Shown: positions 11,140 to 24,752, counted from the first letter of the whole stretch. The stretch is DNA of 62,995 nucleotides, filler included, from Octopus bimaculoides (GCF_001194135.2; 5 parts of 5 records of this genome joined end to end with filler, not necessarily neighbours in it); one strand, 5' to 3'. Notes: generated from the sequence alone by a model not told the origin. Program-made: numbers and translations.

Positions 11140-11595
11140 GTAGATTCTGTTGGAGAGTTTAAAGCCTCACAATGACTAGAAGTTTCATCACAGACAGAAC
11201 ACATCNNNNNNNNNNNNNNNNNNNNNNNNNNNNNNNNNNNNNNNNNNNNNNNNNNNNNNNNNNNNNNNNNNNNNNNNNNNNNNNNNNNNNNNNNNNNNNN
11301 NNNNNNNNNNNNNNTATATATATATTTTTCAACTGGAAGTTTTATACCTATTTTGTTTTAGAAGTATGTGCACGTGTTTGTAAGTGTGTGTGTGTGTGTG
11401 AGGAGTGAGGTGGGGACAGGGGATTGTTTTGGTGAGGCATTAAACTTTCCAAAAGCCACAAATAACTGAATTGATGAATTTCTTTTGAGGTAGTCATACT
11501 TAGCAAAGTTACATGCTACACACTACACACACATTGACAACTTGTTCTCGTCTGCACTATTTTGAGGTTGCTGTATATGGTTATGTGCAAGCATG

Positions 11596-11636
<41 letters not shown>

Positions 11637-12215
11637 CACACACACACACACAAAAAAAACATGGACAAAGGAAAGACGGAGGTGACACCCCCAAAAAACA
11701 AAAGTTCAGAAACACAGAACTAGGTAGAGAAAAAAAAAGCAAGAATTGAGGGGAGGGGGATCGCTTGCCCTTAAAATGTACTAAAATTTAAAAAAAAAAT
11801 ATATATATACATTAAATAAAATTTAAGTGGGTGTGGGAAGTGTGTGGGTGGTCCCTGTTTAGGCCTGGAGACAAGTCACGGCACGGTTCTATGACAACAA
11901 CAACAATAACAAAGTCACAATTAAACTAATAACTAAACAATCGTGTATATAAGTGTATAAATATATATACTTGAATGTGTGTGTGTGTGTGTTTCATCAC
12001 CAAATATATGTGTGTACATGTGTATATGTATGTATTTGTATTTGTGTGTGTGTGTAAATACAGGTAGCAGGAAAGGGGGAAAAACGCACAAAGGAAGATC
12101 AGCAGTTACTATTTTGCGGCCACACATACTGTGTATGTGGCCGTGTGTACATGTCTGTGTATGTATATATTTATTTGTGTATGTGTGTGTGAGTGTGTTG
12201 GTAGTTGTGTATTTC

Positions 12216-12629
12216 CTATAAAGGAGCAATGTACTGGTTAGCATCCAACATTTCCAGGTATTTCGGATTGTAGATCTCGACACGTCCACGCAAAATGCTT
12301 GGTCCTAGGAAACTACCGAGGGCGTTCAAACACTGGCTGGCAGCACTCGAAGTCAGGGGGCTATCACAGGTGAGCGCATAGAAAACACAGTCAAAGAACG
12401 TCTCCAGTTGGCTCTTGAAGTTCCGCTTCCCTATTCCGTGGGCCATGGCCGGTAACCTCTTGCACACAGTCTCCAGGAGGTAAAGATGCTGGGTGTAGTG
12501 GCGAAAACTGGCCGCATTGGCGACGAAGGGCAGCAGCTGGGTAACTGTCGATGACATGGGCGGCAAAGAAGCCAACTCGGCGACCAGGTTGATGCACCCG
12601 TCGGTAAATTCCCAGGGTTCGGCGGGTTT
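12216..12629 (-). CDS. Uncharacterised HEAT/ARM-repeat protein, C-terminal part
   Basis: 138 open codons from the gap edge to TAG at 12216: KPAEPWEFTDGCINLVAELASLPP...RHYTQHLYLLETVCKRLP...GPSILRGRVEIYNPKYLEMLDANQYIAPL*. GC-rich, protein-like helical composition. Same strand as the N-terminal part across the 12630-13279 gap. Confidence 0.75.
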   Translation of the reverse strand, partial: KPAEPWEFTDGCINLVAELASLPPMSSTVTQLLPFVANAASFRHYTQHLYLLETVCKRLPAMAHGIGKRNFKSQLETFFDCVFYALTCDSPLTSSAASQCLNALGSFLGPSILRGRVEIYNPKYLEMLDANQYIAPL

Positions 12630-13279
12630 NNNNNNNNNNNNNNNNNNNNNNNNNNNNNNNNNNNNNNNNNNNNNNNNNNNNNNNNNNNNNNNNNNNNNNN
12701 NNNNNNNNNNNNNNNNNNNNNNNNNNNNNNNNNNNNNNNNNNNNNNNNNNNNNNNNNNNNNNNNNNNNNNNNNNNNNNNNNNNNNNNNNNNNNNNNNNNN
12801 NNNNNNNNNNNNNNNNNNNNNNNNNNNNNNNNNNNNNNNNNNNNNNNNNNNNNNNNNNNNNNNNNNNNNNNNNNNNNNNNNNNNNNNNNNNNNNNNNNNN
12901 NNNNNNNNNNNNNNNNNNNNNNNNNNNNNNNNNNNNNNNNNNNNNNNNNNNNNNNNNNNNNNNNNNNNNNNNNNNNNNNNNNNNNNNNNNNNNNNNNNNN
13001 NNNNNNNNNNNNNNNNNNNNNNNNNNNNNNNNNNNNNNNNNNNNNNNNNNNNNNNNNNNNNNNNNNNNNNNNNNNNNNNNNNNNNNNNNNNNNNNNNNNN
13101 NNNNNNNNNNNNNNNNNNNNNNNNNNNNNNNNNNNNNNNNNNNNNNNNNNNNNNNNNNNNNNNNNNNNNNNNNNNNNNNNNNNNNNNNNNNNNNNNNNNN
13201 NNNNNNNNNNNNNNNNNNNNNNNNNNNNNNNNNNNNNNNNNNNNNNNNNNNNNNNNNNNNNNNNNNNNNNNNNNNNNNN

Positions 13280-13875
13280 CAGCCGACGATCACATTCTGG
13301 AGGCATTTCATCCACGTTTCTAAGGACTTCCAGCCTGCAGTATCATGGAAAATCTTCTCGGCGCTGTTGCACCGGCTCAGACTAAAAGATTTCGACGAAC
13401 CTCCGGACGTAAGAGAAGATAGTACAATTTCGTCGTGCCTGGCATTGTCTTCTTGATCAGCAGCCGACGGTTCTCGTTCCAGGTTGTCCGCGATTCCTTT
13501 CAGGATGTCAGCTTTGGCGTCGATGTAAATCTTCACGCCGACACTTTCGCAGAGGGCACCCATCGCTTCACCGGCGGCCAGCCGAACTCGAAACTCCTCG
13601 TCGTCCAACAGCGGCGAAAGGTTGTCCTTGATGTAAGTGACAAAATCACGAGAAGATCGTTTGCTGTGTAGTATGACAGTGGTGCCTTTCAGAGCTCCAT
13701 GTTTTGTCTCCCAAGGCGAGTCGTCCCGACGGAACAGCGCCACGATCGCTTCTTGCAGTTCATTCAGTTCGGTGTCGCTGAGGGTCGAGATGCTCTTCTG
13801 CAGCTCTACCACACCTTTGTCCCGTTCTAATTTAGCTGTGCTACACAAACACTCCAACACTCCACCAGACATCAT
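13280..13875 (-). CDS. Uncharacterised HEAT/ARM-repeat protein, N-terminal part
   Basis: ATG at 13875 (MMSGGVLECL...), open for about 199 codons to the gap. HEAT-type motif LLDDEEFRVRLAAGEAMGAL, plus WETKHGAL and FHDTAGWKSLETWMKCLQ. Confidence 0.78.
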
Positions 13876-14354
13876 CTTACCTTTTCGTCTCAACTTCCTC
13901 AAGTAGCTCTTATGCGACTACTGGCGCCCTCTCACCTCTCTCTATCTCTATATATATATATTTATATATCTCCAAAAATACACGCATATTGACAGAATAA
14001 ATCGTTGGAATACATCAAAAAATATATATATTCATACTTAATTAAAGTAATAATATTTTTCAAAGAATCCCTAACCAGAAATAATTATATGAGGAGGAAA
14101 ACAACATATTTTATAAATATCATTTTTTGCGATGTGTGTTATCTCCCTTGTTTTTATCTCGTGATATCTTTATTATCTCCCCCTGATATTCCCAGACATT
14201 TAAACATGTGCTTCTGACTGTCTGGGCTCTTTTTAATGATTCTTAATGAATTTTTTTAATGGGTCAATTATCAGGAGTAATTAACCCATTTTTTCTTTCT
14301 TTTTTTATTTCCTCGACACACTTTTTTTTTTTTTTACGTCTACTAATATTGGTG

Positions 14355-14506
14355 TGTGGAGGCGCAATGGCCCAGTGGTTAGGGCAGCGGACTCGCGGTT
14401 TCGATTCCCAGACCGGGCGTTGTGAGTGTTTATAGAGCGAAAACACCTAAAGCTCCACGAGGCTCCGGCAGGGGATGGTGGCGAACCCTGCAGTACTCTT
14501 CCACCA
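14355..14506 (+). mobile_element. tRNA-derived SINE, family C (cut by the spacer)
   Basis: TGGCCCAGTGGTTAGG A-box and TTTCGATTCCC B-box-like motif. Homolog on the minus strand at about 50520-50695. Confidence 0.7.
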
Positions 14507-14606
14507 NNNNNNNNNNNNNNNNNNNNNNNNNNNNNNNNNNNNNNNNNNNNTTAATTAATTAANNNNNNNNNNNNNNNNNNNNNNNNNNNNNNNNNNNNNN
14601 NNNNNN
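14507..14606. other. Artificial 100-bp scaffold spacer
   Basis: 44 N + TTAATTAATTAA (stops in all six frames) + 44 N. Confidence 0.95.
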
Positions 14607-14640
<34 letters not shown>

Positions 14641-16754
14641 CATGTATGTGTAGATTCGTGTGTGTGTTTAATAATGTAATAACAGGCAAACACACACACA
14701 CACACATACGTACCCATTCATATACCAAATATGACGATACGCATAAATAAACTCTCACATACATTCACATAGAGTAAGAGAGACACATACAGGCATACAT
14801 TCACGCATGTCAGTCGTCACATGTGTATATGTATGTGTAGATATGTATATTTAATAACATACCTAACGCGGCAGCGTACACACAGTCAGAGAGACATACA
14901 CACTCATACACTCTCACACATACACTCAGAGACACATACACACTCATATATGTGACACCGTCATCATCGTAGTATCAAATGTTCTTTACTATCTCGTAGG
15001 TATCGAACACGCAAACACACACTCCCACATAAAGTGAATCAATATTATATCTCACAAGGAAGTCAATTTGTAGTCAGAAATTACAAACCCCATTTCAGTG
15101 TATAAAGCTGTAGAAGAAAATAGGTTGAGTAAAAAAAACTTGAGCCACTTTGGATATCTTTTTCTAAGGCATGAACGCTCAGTAGCGTGGTTGAATTCTC
15201 ATTGGTTAATAATGGAGGCTTATCGACTGTATCACAACGGTTTCCGATAGAGTGAGAAATGTAAATAGAGCAAAAAAATTAAAGTAATGCTGTAGGGAGA
15301 ACGTACAAATAACGTTAAGACAGGGATATTTGCGCACGAGAGAGTGAGAGAGAGAGAGAGAACAGACAGACTTAAAGAGATGAAGTATTGCAGAGGGTAT
15401 AAGTGAGGAAGAGTAGAGATAAATAAACAGAAAAAGAAAAGGGAGAGAATCGGTTGAAAACTGCAGTTTTTACAGGAAACCCATGTGAAAAAATCCGGTC
15501 GGTTTCTCGCATTATGCGGCAGCTCTGGACAAAATGCTATGGTCTATGACTATCCTTGGTATATAAGGAATGGTTGTGTTAAATTTGGTGAAAATCAGTT
15601 GAAAACTGTAGAAATGCATACGTACTACACATACACACACGCACAGAGGCATCCATTGTTTAGAGACAAAGCCACTGCGTAGCATCTAGGATGGAGCCAT
15701 CGACATCGGAAATACAGTCTAATAATCATTAGATAGACAACAAAACGTTACAAACTTGTTACTCCATCTGGCATCCCGATTCTCTCTGAGAATTACTGGA
15801 AGTGTAAATGCAACTGAGGAATACACAGGCAACTCTGTCGCTCCGCAGTTTAATTCCGAGAATATATTATGCAACAGAGAGGACAAAATGGAGACTTAGA
15901 GATGAAAAACCATATGGTTTTTCATCTCTAAGTCTCCATTTTGTCCTCTCTGTTGCATAATATATTCTCGGAATTAAACTGCGGAGCGACAGAGTTGCCT
16001 GTGTATTCCTCAGTTGCATTTACACTTCCAGTAATTCTCAGAGAGNNNNNNNNNNNNNNNNNNNNNNNNNNNNNNNNNNNNNNNNNNNNNNNNNNNNNNN
16101 NNNNNNNNNNNNNNNNNNNNNNNNNNNNNNNNNNNNNNNNNNNNNNNNNNNNNNNNNNNNNNNNNNNNNNNNNNNNNNNNNNNNNNNNNNNNNNNNNNNN
16201 NNNNNNNNNNNNNNNNNNNNNNNNNNNNNNNNNNNNNNNNNNNNNNNNNNNNNNNNNNNNNNNNNNNNNNNNNNNNNNNNNNNNNNNNNNNNNNNNNNNN
16301 NNNNNNNNNNNNNNNNNNNNNNNNNNNNNNNNNNNNNNNNNNNNNNNNNNNNNTATATATATTCATATATATATATATATATATTCATATATTCATATAT
16401 ACATGGACATATATGTATTTCTGTGTTGTGTATGTATCTTTGTGAATGTATATATATATATATATCTGTCAGTGGTTGAGTGTTTATGAGTGTATGTGCG
16501 TGCGTGTGTACGTGTTTGTGTTTGTCTATGCGTAGATGTGGACGCGGTACTATTTCTGAGATTCTAAAGATGCGAAAGAAACTATTGTAGAATAGTATTC
16601 CTGAAATCACACAGATTCTTCATCATCTTTACACGACAATTATTTCTAGACTACACACACTCGCGCATACATGTTTGCATTCATAAAAAAAACATACATA
16701 CATACGTGTATACATATCGACGTACATATCAATCAATCAATCAATCTTGTTATG

Positions 16755-17012
16755 ACTATCTGTTGTCTGTCTGTTGTCTGTCTGTTGTCTGTCTGTCTGT
16801 TGTCTGTCTGTCTGTTGTCTGTCTGTTGTCTGTCTGTCGTCTGTCTGTCTGTTGTCTGTCTGTCTGTCTGTTGTCTGTCTGTTGTCTGTCTGTCTGTTGT
16901 CTGTCTGTCTGTTGTCTGTCTGTCTGTTGTCTGTCTGTCTGTTGTCTGTCTGTTGTCTGTCTGTTGTCTATCTGTCTGTCTGTCTGTCTATATAGCTGTC
17001 TATCTATCTATC

Positions 17013-17057
<45 letters not shown>
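16755..17057. repeat. Compound microsatellite, (TGTC)n/(TGT) then (TATC)n
   Basis: Seen directly. It explains the spurious Cys/Leu/Ser/Val ORFs. Confidence 0.9.
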
Positions 17058-17058
<1 letters not shown>

Positions 17059-17340
17059 CTTTATGCATACACACATATATTGTGGTCTCTCATTCTTCCT
17101 ATCATCCTCCTCTCGCCCTGTCTCTACCTTGCTTTTTATATATATATATATATATGGGCGTATATGTGTGTGTATGTGTGTGTGTGTGTGTGTATGTGTG
17201 TGTGCGTGTATTCCTTCTGTAGGTACTTGTGCGTGCGAGTGTGTGCGTACACGTGTATATTTATATATAATCATATACTCAAAAGTATTATTCCATATTT
17301 TATATCAAGTATGTCATATACAGTCATACACACACATGCT

Positions 17341-17408
<68 letters not shown>

Positions 17409-17930
17409 TACATACTTACATACATTCATGTGCATGCATGTATTTGTGTTGCATATATATATACGTGCGTGTTTGTGTGTAATATCTTTGCATGTATCTG
17501 CGTATATATATTTATATCCATATATGTATGGATGTATGTATATATAAGCTTAGCAATCGGGCAACTGATGTATTTCTGACACATACTATCTATCCTTCAG
17601 CAGCAAATTAAGTCCAACAGTTCAACCAACAAGAGTTTGCTGCCAAAGGCTGACTTGAAGTCACTCTAAACTAACAGGAAGTGACGTTTTAATAACTAAG
17701 CGCCACCTGGCGTGGAAAATGCTTGTAAGACTTTTGTAATTCAGTTTTGTCCAGCGTGAAAAATTGATTGCGTTTAGATTTCACCGAAGTCTTTTGCCTA
17801 CAATATAGAATATTTACTTACCGTGGAAATATATGTCCTGTTAACAGCTTGTTAATGTGAAAATATACGTATCGCCTTGAATGAGTGAGTATTTGTGCGT
17901 GAGACGGTGTATATGTATGTATATATATAT

Positions 17931-18007
<77 letters not shown>

Positions 18008-18348
18008 TGCGTCTATATTCACACAAGCATAGATGCACATGCACACACACACAAACATATGTAGTGTGTTTGTGTGTAAGTGTTTGTGTGCGTGTGTGAT
18101 ATATCAATGATGAAGTTTGTGTGCAATGAGAGGGTTTTAAGATATTTATGTACGTGCGTATATGTGTGTCTCTATACGTGTGTGCGAGTGTGTTTGTGGG
18201 TTACATAGAGTTCGTGTCAATAAAATTACTTTTCCGTCTTCACACAAAAACATAAATATACACAGTCACACAGATCTCTCTCTTTCTTTTCCTTTCTCTC
18301 TCCCTCTATCTTTCTGTCTGTCTATCTATCTATCTACCTATCTATCAT

Positions 18349-18393
<45 letters not shown>

Positions 18394-18804
18394 AATAGAT
18401 AAATGTTTCCATAGACGGATATATATATACGCGCATATATTTACATAAACCCACAGATACACATAAAATGTTGTGTCGAACCAGCCTTTTGCTACTCCGA
18501 GTTTCACCTTTAGTCGCACAGGCTCTTCAGACAAAGCGTGATACGACTTGCCGTAGAAATTGTAGCAAAACTCGTGACACAACTTGTCCGAAAATTCTGA
18601 ATAACTTCAGATGAAACTCACAGCACCAAAATACTGACTCAACTGTAATAAGATATTATTATTTACATCTACCGTGCTATTGCGTCGTCATTTTCATAAA
18701 CACGCTGACACACATTTAAACACATACACGTGCACGCATGGCGGCGTGTGCATTGTTGGCGGGGTATAATTTTGGGGTATGGTTTTGGGGTATAATTTTG
18801 GGGT

Positions 18805-19945
18805 ATGATTTTTATTCAGTTTACTCAAGAAATGAAGAGACATGCTTTCATTGTGGTTATAAAGGCTGAGCATAGCGATTTAGAAAGATCTCGATTTTTA
18901 AAAGATGCCGGATCTTTCATCTACAAAGTTTGTAAAGAGCTCGAGATTGAAGATGGAAATGTGTCCCCAGTATCAAAGCGTAAAAAGTATTCTAAATGCT
19001 CTCATATCACCAGAACATTTGAATTTATCAAACAAGTTCAACAGACCATTGATTACAATCCCAGAAAATCCATGATTGCAAAAGATCTCCATGTGTCAGA
19101 AGAAACAGTCAGAAATGATGTCGACGAAGACAACAGGTATAAGTCTTATATGATAGGAAAGGTCAATTAGTCAGAAAAAGCAAAAGAAAATCACTACATC
19201 AGATCTAAAAGGTTCTTAAACAAACTGAAAACTCCAGCAGAAGATTTGATTTGGCTTTTCTCAAATGAGAAAAACTTCGACCAAGATCAAAAAGTTAACA
19301 GAAGAAATGACAGATGGTTATATGCAGACCCTTCTGAAGTTCCGAGTGTTATGCATAGAAAACTTCCCTGCAACTGTCATAGTTTTAGGAGTTGTCAGCA
19401 ATGAAGGACATGTGATGTCTCTTTACTTCTTTCCACAAGGCCTTAGAGTTATCTCTGCCACCTACATTGAGATCCTGGAAATAATTGTAAAGCCCTGGAT
19501 AGACAGTGTATGCAATGGAAGGCCATATGTGTTTCAATAAGACTCTGCACTATAACACATGGCTCTAGTAATACAGGAATGGATGGCTGAAAATGTTTAT
19601 GATCACATAACCCCTAAAATTAGGCCTGCTAATTCCCCAGATCTCAATCGAACATTTGGAGCGCTGTTGAGAGAGAGGTCAATGAACACGGTCATAACAA
19701 GCTGTCATTGTCAGAATAACGTCCAAAATGAACCAGGACCGCTTGATTTGAGCATGTAGAGGATTTAAATCTCACATAGAAGCAGCTGATGAAGCTGAAG
19801 GTGGCTTTATTGAATAACATTATAGAAAAGAAGGTTTATTTTTATCCTCATAGCATTTTTGGATAAATAAAGTTATTATCTGTTATTATATATCTGTTTT
19901 CTTTTTAGAAACACAAATCTGTCCTCAAATATCTTACGCACACTG
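18805..19945 (+). pseudogene. Dead Tc1/mariner-superfamily transposase (maT/DD37D-like) with right terminus
   Basis: HTH-like IAKDLHVSEETVR, FS(N)EKNFDQDQKVNRRNDRWL, VFQ*DSA, NSPDLN and a terminal EGGFIE*, with stops and frameshifts. Ends ...CGCACACTG followed by TA at 19946. No left TIR found. The family call rests on motif style because the third D is deleted. Confidence 0.8.
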
Positions 19946-19959
19946 TATATGTATGTGTT

Positions 19960-19997
<38 letters not shown>

Positions 19998-20097
19998 NNN
20001 NNNNNNNNNNNNNNNNNNNNNNNNNNNNNNNNNNNNNNNNNNNNNNNNNNNNNNNNNNNNNNNNNNNNNNNNNNNNNNNNNNNNNNNNNNNNNNNNN

Positions 20098-20137
<40 letters not shown>

Positions 20138-20543
20138 ATCTTTATCTTCATACCAGTTCATACCAGTTCCCACTGCCCCCTATCTATCACTTCATAGCAG
20201 TTCCCACTGCCCTCAATCGATGTACATTAACTCACGTGTTATTCCGTTTCGCTGAATTGCCAAAACGCATATTCATAAAGCTTCAAATACCATATATGTT
20301 TTCCGCATTTTGTTAATATCACATACATCTAAAGTGGTGAGCTAGCCTGATAATTAGCAATAACACCCTTTATCTCAGGAAAATTTTCACAAATATTTTG
20401 CATTTTCAATTCCTCAGAGACTGCATAACAAAGTAAATAATCTTTAAGATTGCAAATAGACGTCGGAAATTGTTATGGTATCAACAAAGATAACAAACTG
20501 CTAAGAGAGAACGAGGATTTTTCTTTATGAAAAATATATATGC

Positions 20544-20650
<107 letters not shown>

Positions 20651-21707
20651 CTGATACATTCACGACGCACACATATACTTCGCACGCGCACACATACGCA
20701 CAATCACATACACACCCATACGCACGCACACATATGTAAACATGTCTGACCTAGAGACCTTGTGAACTGAGATCTCCTTTGATAGGCCACTGACATATGA
20801 AATAATGTATTCACACGGTATGCAAATTAGTAGCCCAGTTTTTTTGTAGCTACTGTAATTGTTGAGCATATGAACAGATTCAGTTCTTGTTTCTCTGGAA
20901 TCGGTCAAATTGATGTAGACGCCGCTGATGAAAATCCAATTAGATTCGAATATCGAATGAGGGTGTTTATTTTCTTTCAATCTATGGAGTGACAGCTAAA
21001 TTAGCCCTGTTGGTATACGTACTGTATACGTATAATTCAAATTTACAGAAAAAGACGAAGTCAGGTGAAGGAACAAGAAGGGGATGCATTAGTTTAACGC
21101 TCGGGAAGAATGGAAAAGTCTTTGACGTTTCAAGCCTACACTCTCCAATAGAAAGGATTAAAAGGAAAAGAAAACGGGAAGAGAAAAAAAATATGTAGAG
21201 ATTAAAGATTCAACACATACACACACTCACATACATACATACATACATACATACATACATACATACATACATACATACATACATGCATGCATACATACAT
21301 ACATACATACATACATGCACACACACACGCACGCGCACTTCACACACACACACAATACACACATATATATATATATATACTTTGGGTATGGTAGATGAGT
21401 TCAGCAAACATTTTGATTCAGATGAATATGGTACTTAAGTTGAGGCACCAGAATTAAGTATTGTATTATCCATACAATTTCAAAGTAAGGTGATTAAAAT
21501 CAAAATAAGCAACAAGGCTATCCAGAGGTAATGCAGTACGATCGTTTCATGGAACTCCATTTGATTAAACAATGCAATCATTACATCAATCTAAAATGCA
21601 TTTTAAATTGATGTAATGATTGCATTGCTCAATTAAATGGAATTGCATGAAACGATCGTACTGCATTACCTCTGGATATCCTTGTTGCTTATATATATAT
21701 ATATATA

Positions 21708-21748
<41 letters not shown>

Positions 21749-22694
21749 AACATATACATATTCATACATTACAAAGTACTATCAGTACATCGTTTTGCTT
21801 TATCATTATAAAGAAAGTAATGAGATGTTTTTGTCTCTCTCCTGTTTGTGTTAATGCATGGAGAGAACACTACCGATCAGATATCAATACTCATAGCCAA
21901 CCATGCCAATATTTTAATTATTTTATTTTTATAGCTACTCAATAATTATCATTCAGTTTCACGGGTATTCAGGTCACTACATACATACATACATACATAC
22001 ATACATACATACATACATACATACATACATACATACATACATACATACATTCCTGCATGCATGTGTGCTTGTATGTATATAATGACTCGAATATCCGTGA
22101 AAATGTATGGCAATTTTTGACTAGCTATAAAAATTAAGTAATAAAATATTGGCATGGTTGGCTATGAGGGAACATAATCTAAAATTACAATATCATTACA
22201 AGCTGGCAATATATAACATAACGGTTCCAAATGCCCAAATATATTTGTTTACAAGAAAGAAAAATAAAACTTAAGCAATACAGCATTATTTGCAGACTAT
22301 ATATATATATATATACCGTTTGAAGCTGCAGTGAAGTATGATAACAACATCTCTACCATATAAAATTAATAGTGAAAGAATATAGGCATCGCATAATAGA
22401 TACTTTCAGCTTAAGATACTTTCAGCTGATGTTTAATTGCTGAATAAAAAGAACGGATGTAATATGTTGATTGAGTTTTCAGAATTTTAAAGTACTATCC
22501 AGTTTAACTTTACCATTCATCCTTCCAATGAAGTACAAGTAAAATATGGAGGTCGATAAAATCTACTTTGCACTTTGCAAACAAATAAATACTTACGTCA
22601 TGGAATATATTGTCAATTAAATGGTTTGTAATTTGCAGTGCCATGTAACTTTTGTATGCTCTCTGACAAAGGTAATCGTGATATTTAAGCAATC

Positions 22695-23092
22695 GTGGTT
22701 TTGTATTAAGAAGCTTGCTTTTCAGCCACATAGTTCCAAGTTTCATACGGCTATGGTGTACCTTGGACAAGTGTCTTCTACTATAGCCTCGGGCCGACCA
22801 AAGACTTGTTGGTGGATTTGGTTGATGGAAACTGAAAGAAACCCGTCGTATATGTGTATATGTGTGTCGTGTATGTGCCTGAGTGTGTCTGCATCCGTCC
22901 CTTGTTACCACTTGACAACCGGTGCTGGTGTGTTTACGTCCTCGTAACCTAGCAGTTCGACAAAAGAGACCCAAATGAAATAAGTTCCATACTTAAAAAT
23001 ACAAGTCCTGGAGTCGATTCGTCCGACAAAAATTTTTCATGCGGTGCCCCAGCATGGCCTCAGTTTAATGAAGAAACAAGTAAAAGACAAAA
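22695..23092 (+). mobile_element. tRNA-derived SINE, family B, near full length
   Basis: Colinear with the reverse complement of 643-964: head, core CCTTGGACAAGTGTCTTCTACTATAGCC, internal (TG/TA)-rich tract, tail GCCCCAGCATGGCC...GAAACAAGTAAAAGA. Confidence 0.78.
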
Positions 23093-23124
23093 GATTAACC
23101 CAAGCGACAACATCGTTGTTCAGA

Positions 23125-23548
23125 AAGGCGGGCGAGCTGGCAGAAACGTTAGCACGCCGGGCAAAACGCTTATCGGTATTTCGTCTGTTCTTTCGTTCTA
23201 AGGTTCAAATTCCATCGAGGTCGGCTTACCTTTTATCCTTTTGGGGTCGATAAATTAAGTACCAGTTGCGTGCTGGAGTCGATCTAATCAACTAGCCCCC
23301 TCTCCCAAAATTTCGGGCCTTGTGCCTAGAGTAGAAAAGAAAGGCGGAGCTGCTGACAGAAACGTTAGCACACCGGGCGAAATGCTATTTCGTCTGTCTT
23401 TACCATCTGAGTTCAAATTCCGCCGGGGTCGACTTTGCCTTTCATCCTTTCGGGGTCGACAAATTAAGTACCAGTTGCGTACTGAGGTCGATCTAATCGA
23501 CTGGCCCCTTCCCCCAAAATTTCGGGCCTTGTGCTTAGAGTAGAAAAA
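23125..23548 (+). mobile_element. Two head-to-tail copies of tRNA-derived SINE family A
   Basis: Each copy: GGCG..GAGCTG(G/C)...AGAAACGTTAGCAC, B-box GTTCAAATTCC, core (G)AGGTCG(A)CTT..CCTTT..TCCTTT.GGGGTCGA.AAATTAAGTACCAG, tail GGCCTTGTGC.TAGAGTAGAAAA. Confidence 0.85.
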
Positions 23549-24373
23549 AATATTGTTGTTCAGAGGCGTTTTTATAAAATTTAGTAGTTAGGTATCAATT
23601 AAAAAAGTTGGAAGAATGTCGAAAAATTCGAATACTGCGACAAGAGTCCCTTTAGCGCGCTGTTTGTCTGCACGTCATTGGAGAATAGGAAATATCATAA
23701 AAGATGTACGCCATGTTGTTTGTTATAAATTTATTAGTAAATGGTAAATTGTTTTGATTTAATTAATGGCATTTAATCTGGCTCTTATTGTCTTTGTGAC
23801 CACCACTTTATTCCCAACATGTGGAATATATAATTGCGAATACTATTTAATTAATTATAGGCCGGTGAGCTGACAGAATAGTTAGCACGCCGGAAAAAAT
23901 GCTTAGCGGCATTTCTTCCGTTTTCATGTTCAGCCGAGATCAACTTTGCCTTTCATCGGCTTGAGGGTCGATAAACTAAGTACAAGTCGAGCACTGGGGT
24001 CGATGTAATCGACTTAACACCTGCCGCGAAATTGCTTTCCTTGTATCAAAATTTTAAATCAATATTTGAATAATTATAGACTATCGTAGTGGTCCGCTTT
24101 CTTTTCAGGTAGCATACATGTCTTCCACAGTTGTATGAGTTAATTCCAAACAATCAATATGATTCTGCAGAGAGATTAGTTCAGATCAGTTGTGTCGTAA
24201 AAATATGCCACATGTAACTTCATCCCAGTTCATACTGAGGCCTACGGCACTTTCTATGTTTTACGTCACATAGGGACGTGACATTGCAGAAAAGAACGTT
24301 GCGGAAGTGTAAGAATCCACGACTTCAGTTTTTGTCCTTGCACTTAGAAATAAGCACTCACACATACACAGGA

Positions 24374-24426
<53 letters not shown>

Positions 24427-24652
24427 GTGTGTTTGTGTGTGTGTGCGTGTGCACGTATAAATATATACATCGTACACGCATACACACACACGCATATAAT
24501 GTATATTTATATGTGTTTTTAATCGTCAGAAGTTACAAACTGCCTCGAGCCGGGAGATATGAAGCTCTGTAAATTTCGTTCACGGAAGACAAGGCACCTG
24601 AGACGCTGTATAACTTTTGTCAATTAAACCATTATATATATATCTATATGAG

Positions 24653-24752
24653 NNNNNNNNNNNNNNNNNNNNNNNNNNNNNNNNNNNNNNNNNNNNTTAA
24701 TTAATTAANNNNNNNNNNNNNNNNNNNNNNNNNNNNNNNNNNNNNNNNNNNN
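24653..24752. other. Artificial 100-bp scaffold spacer
   Basis: 44 N + TTAATTAATTAA + 44 N. Confidence 0.95.

Noticed and set aside
16671-17579. ORFs made of YI/HT/CV/SV dipeptide runs (also at 20473-21407, 28424-28882, 37868-38799, 44465-45040, 50895-51489, 56816-57198 and 60070-60950)
   Set aside because: Translations of (AT)n, (AC)n, (ACAT)n and (TGTC)n microsatellites; no domain or splice support.
19788-19826. CTGATGAAG motif
   Set aside because: Part of the transposase C-terminal codons (EAADEAEGGFIE); no stem II or GAAA.
20925-20960. CTGATGA...GAAT motif in a repeat also found at about 32400-32540 and 32810-33020
   Set aside because: GAAA and stems I and III are absent, and the CTGATGA motif is not conserved in the third copy.
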